DNA of 33,369 nucleotides from an uncultured Candidatus Saccharibacteria bacterium (GTDB lineage Bacteria; Patescibacteriota; Minisyncoccia; Phycocordibacterales; Phycocordibacteraceae): NCBI GenBank assembly GCA_964590695.1, contig CAZPXA010000003.1, positions 2,628 to 35,996 of the forward strand, read 5' to 3'. Shown piece by piece: positions 32,842 to 33,369 of this stretch (position 1 is its first letter; each line of letters starts with the position of its first letter). The notes under the pieces were generated by a model. It saw only the letters and a program-made list of their open reading frames with translations, ran no database searches and was not told where the DNA came from. The position numbers and the translations under genes were made by a program.

Positions 32842-33279
32842 TTAATCCCCAGAATTTCTTGCTCTGCCCAAAAGGTCGCTTGAGTGATAGAGCTTGGGTA
32901 AATCAAGGATCCGCAATTCTATACCGACTCTTCTGCAGGTGTCTGATTCGCTTACATCCAAATTCTTGCCCTTCCTGTCGCCGCTGTTAAAGAAAATCAC
33001 CTCATGGTCCGGATACTTGTTCCGTAGATGCACGAGAGACTCGTTCTGGGCCTTGTCGGTGTCAATTGAAATAAAGACTTCGTCCACCGATTTTAAATTA
33101 CCGAGGATTTTTGCCCGATGCTGTTCGTCCATAAAGGGCCGCGAACCTTTCAGGACCACTTGCCGGTCACTGTTTACGATACAGATAAGCTTGTCCGAAT
33201 GCTTTTTTGATTCGTTTATGTATTCTATGTGCCCGTAATGCAGAGGATTAAAATAACCCGAAACAATACCGATTTTCAT
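32842..33279 (-). CDS. Cytidylyltransferase-like nucleotidyltransferase (HldC / RfaE domain II / TagD-like)
   Basis: HxGH motif in GIVSGYFNPLHYGHIEYI. The block LICIVNSDRQVVLKGSRPFMDEQHRAKILGNLKSVDEVFIS parallels the RfaE-II pattern NSDxSxxxLKGxxRPxxxxxxRxxxLxxLxxVDxV. Confidence 0.75.
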   Translation of the reverse strand: MKIGIVSGYFNPLHYGHIEYINESKKHSDKLICIVNSDRQVVLKGSRPFMDEQHRAKILGNLKSVDEVFISIDTDKAQNESLVHLRNKYPDHEVIFFNSGDRKGKNLDVSESDTCRRVGIELRILDLPKLYHSSDLLGRARNSGD

Positions 33280-33369
33280 ATATTTGAAAATTGGTTTTTA
33301 CGCGCCACTTGGTACGCCGCGCATGCTAACCATGTTCCAGGTGCTGATCCATTTCACGGCGATACCCCG

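Noticed and set aside
33298..33369. Minus-strand frame open to the right window edge (…RGIAVKWISTWNMVSMRGVPSGA, stop TAA at 33298-33300), possibly the 3' end of an upstream gene in the same operon as the nucleotidyltransferase.
   Set aside because: Only 23 codons are visible and there is no motif. That is too little to call as a feature.
1..33369. Alternative genetic code (UGA recoding, as in some candidate phyla), and the presence of tRNA, rRNA, CRISPR or IS elements.
   Set aside because: TGA terminates several well-defined genes exactly at ATGA junctions (2830-2832, 7949-7951, 9085-9087, 26428-26430) and at 823-825. No gap is long enough for an RNA gene (the maximum is 81 bp). No direct-repeat array and no transposase- or integrase-like ORF was seen.

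Overview
This 33.4-kb window is almost entirely coding. My gene model has 32 CDS and leaves roughly 0.5 kb (about 1.5%) non-coding. The largest intergenic gap is 81 bp, and many adjacent genes have start/stop overlaps of 4-23 nt. I saw no rRNA, tRNA, CRISPR array, transposase or integrase. The genetic code looks standard, because TGA acts as a stop in several ATGA overlaps. The left edge holds a DGR-type reverse transcriptase cut by the window start. It is followed by a small membrane protein, a soluble TraD/VirD4-like P-loop ATPase with a long disordered tail, and an LTD-PKD-LTD-like surface protein. From about 4.2 kb to the right edge there is one very large glycan synthesis and decoration island. 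It contains 7 GT4-like GT-B transferases, a GT9 heptosyltransferase-like gene, an exostosin-like gene and a TIGR04372-like gene. It also contains two polyprenol-phosphate-type GT2 genes, two GtrA-family genes and two GT-C-like polytopic membrane proteins. Decoration genes include two carbamoyltransferases, one of which has an SxtJ-like partner and an untracked 49-aa DUF5989/SxtK-like partner. The rest are an adenylate-forming enzyme fused to an unknown domain, an LbH acetyltransferase, an SGNH hydrolase, two methyltransferases, an SDR epimerase fused to half a GT4, RfbB, and an HldC/TagD-like nucleotidyltransferase. No Wzx/Wzy, ABC exporter or initiating phosphoglycosyltransferase is present. 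Gene content, compactness and SD-less starts resemble a Candidate Phyla Radiation (Parcubacteria-like) genome, but that is inference only. The best leads are: (i) the SxtJ / SxtK-like / carbamoyltransferase / SGNH / GT-C operon, which sits between two strand-alternating GtrA-GT2-GT-C triads; (ii) the GtrA / adenylating-fusion / acetyltransferase operon; (iii) the DGR RT whose TR/VR lie off-window; (iv) a sharp intragenic GC cliff at the domain boundary of one GT4; (v) extended -10 boxes placed exactly 6 nt before ATG at operon-leading genes, which implies leaderless mRNAs.
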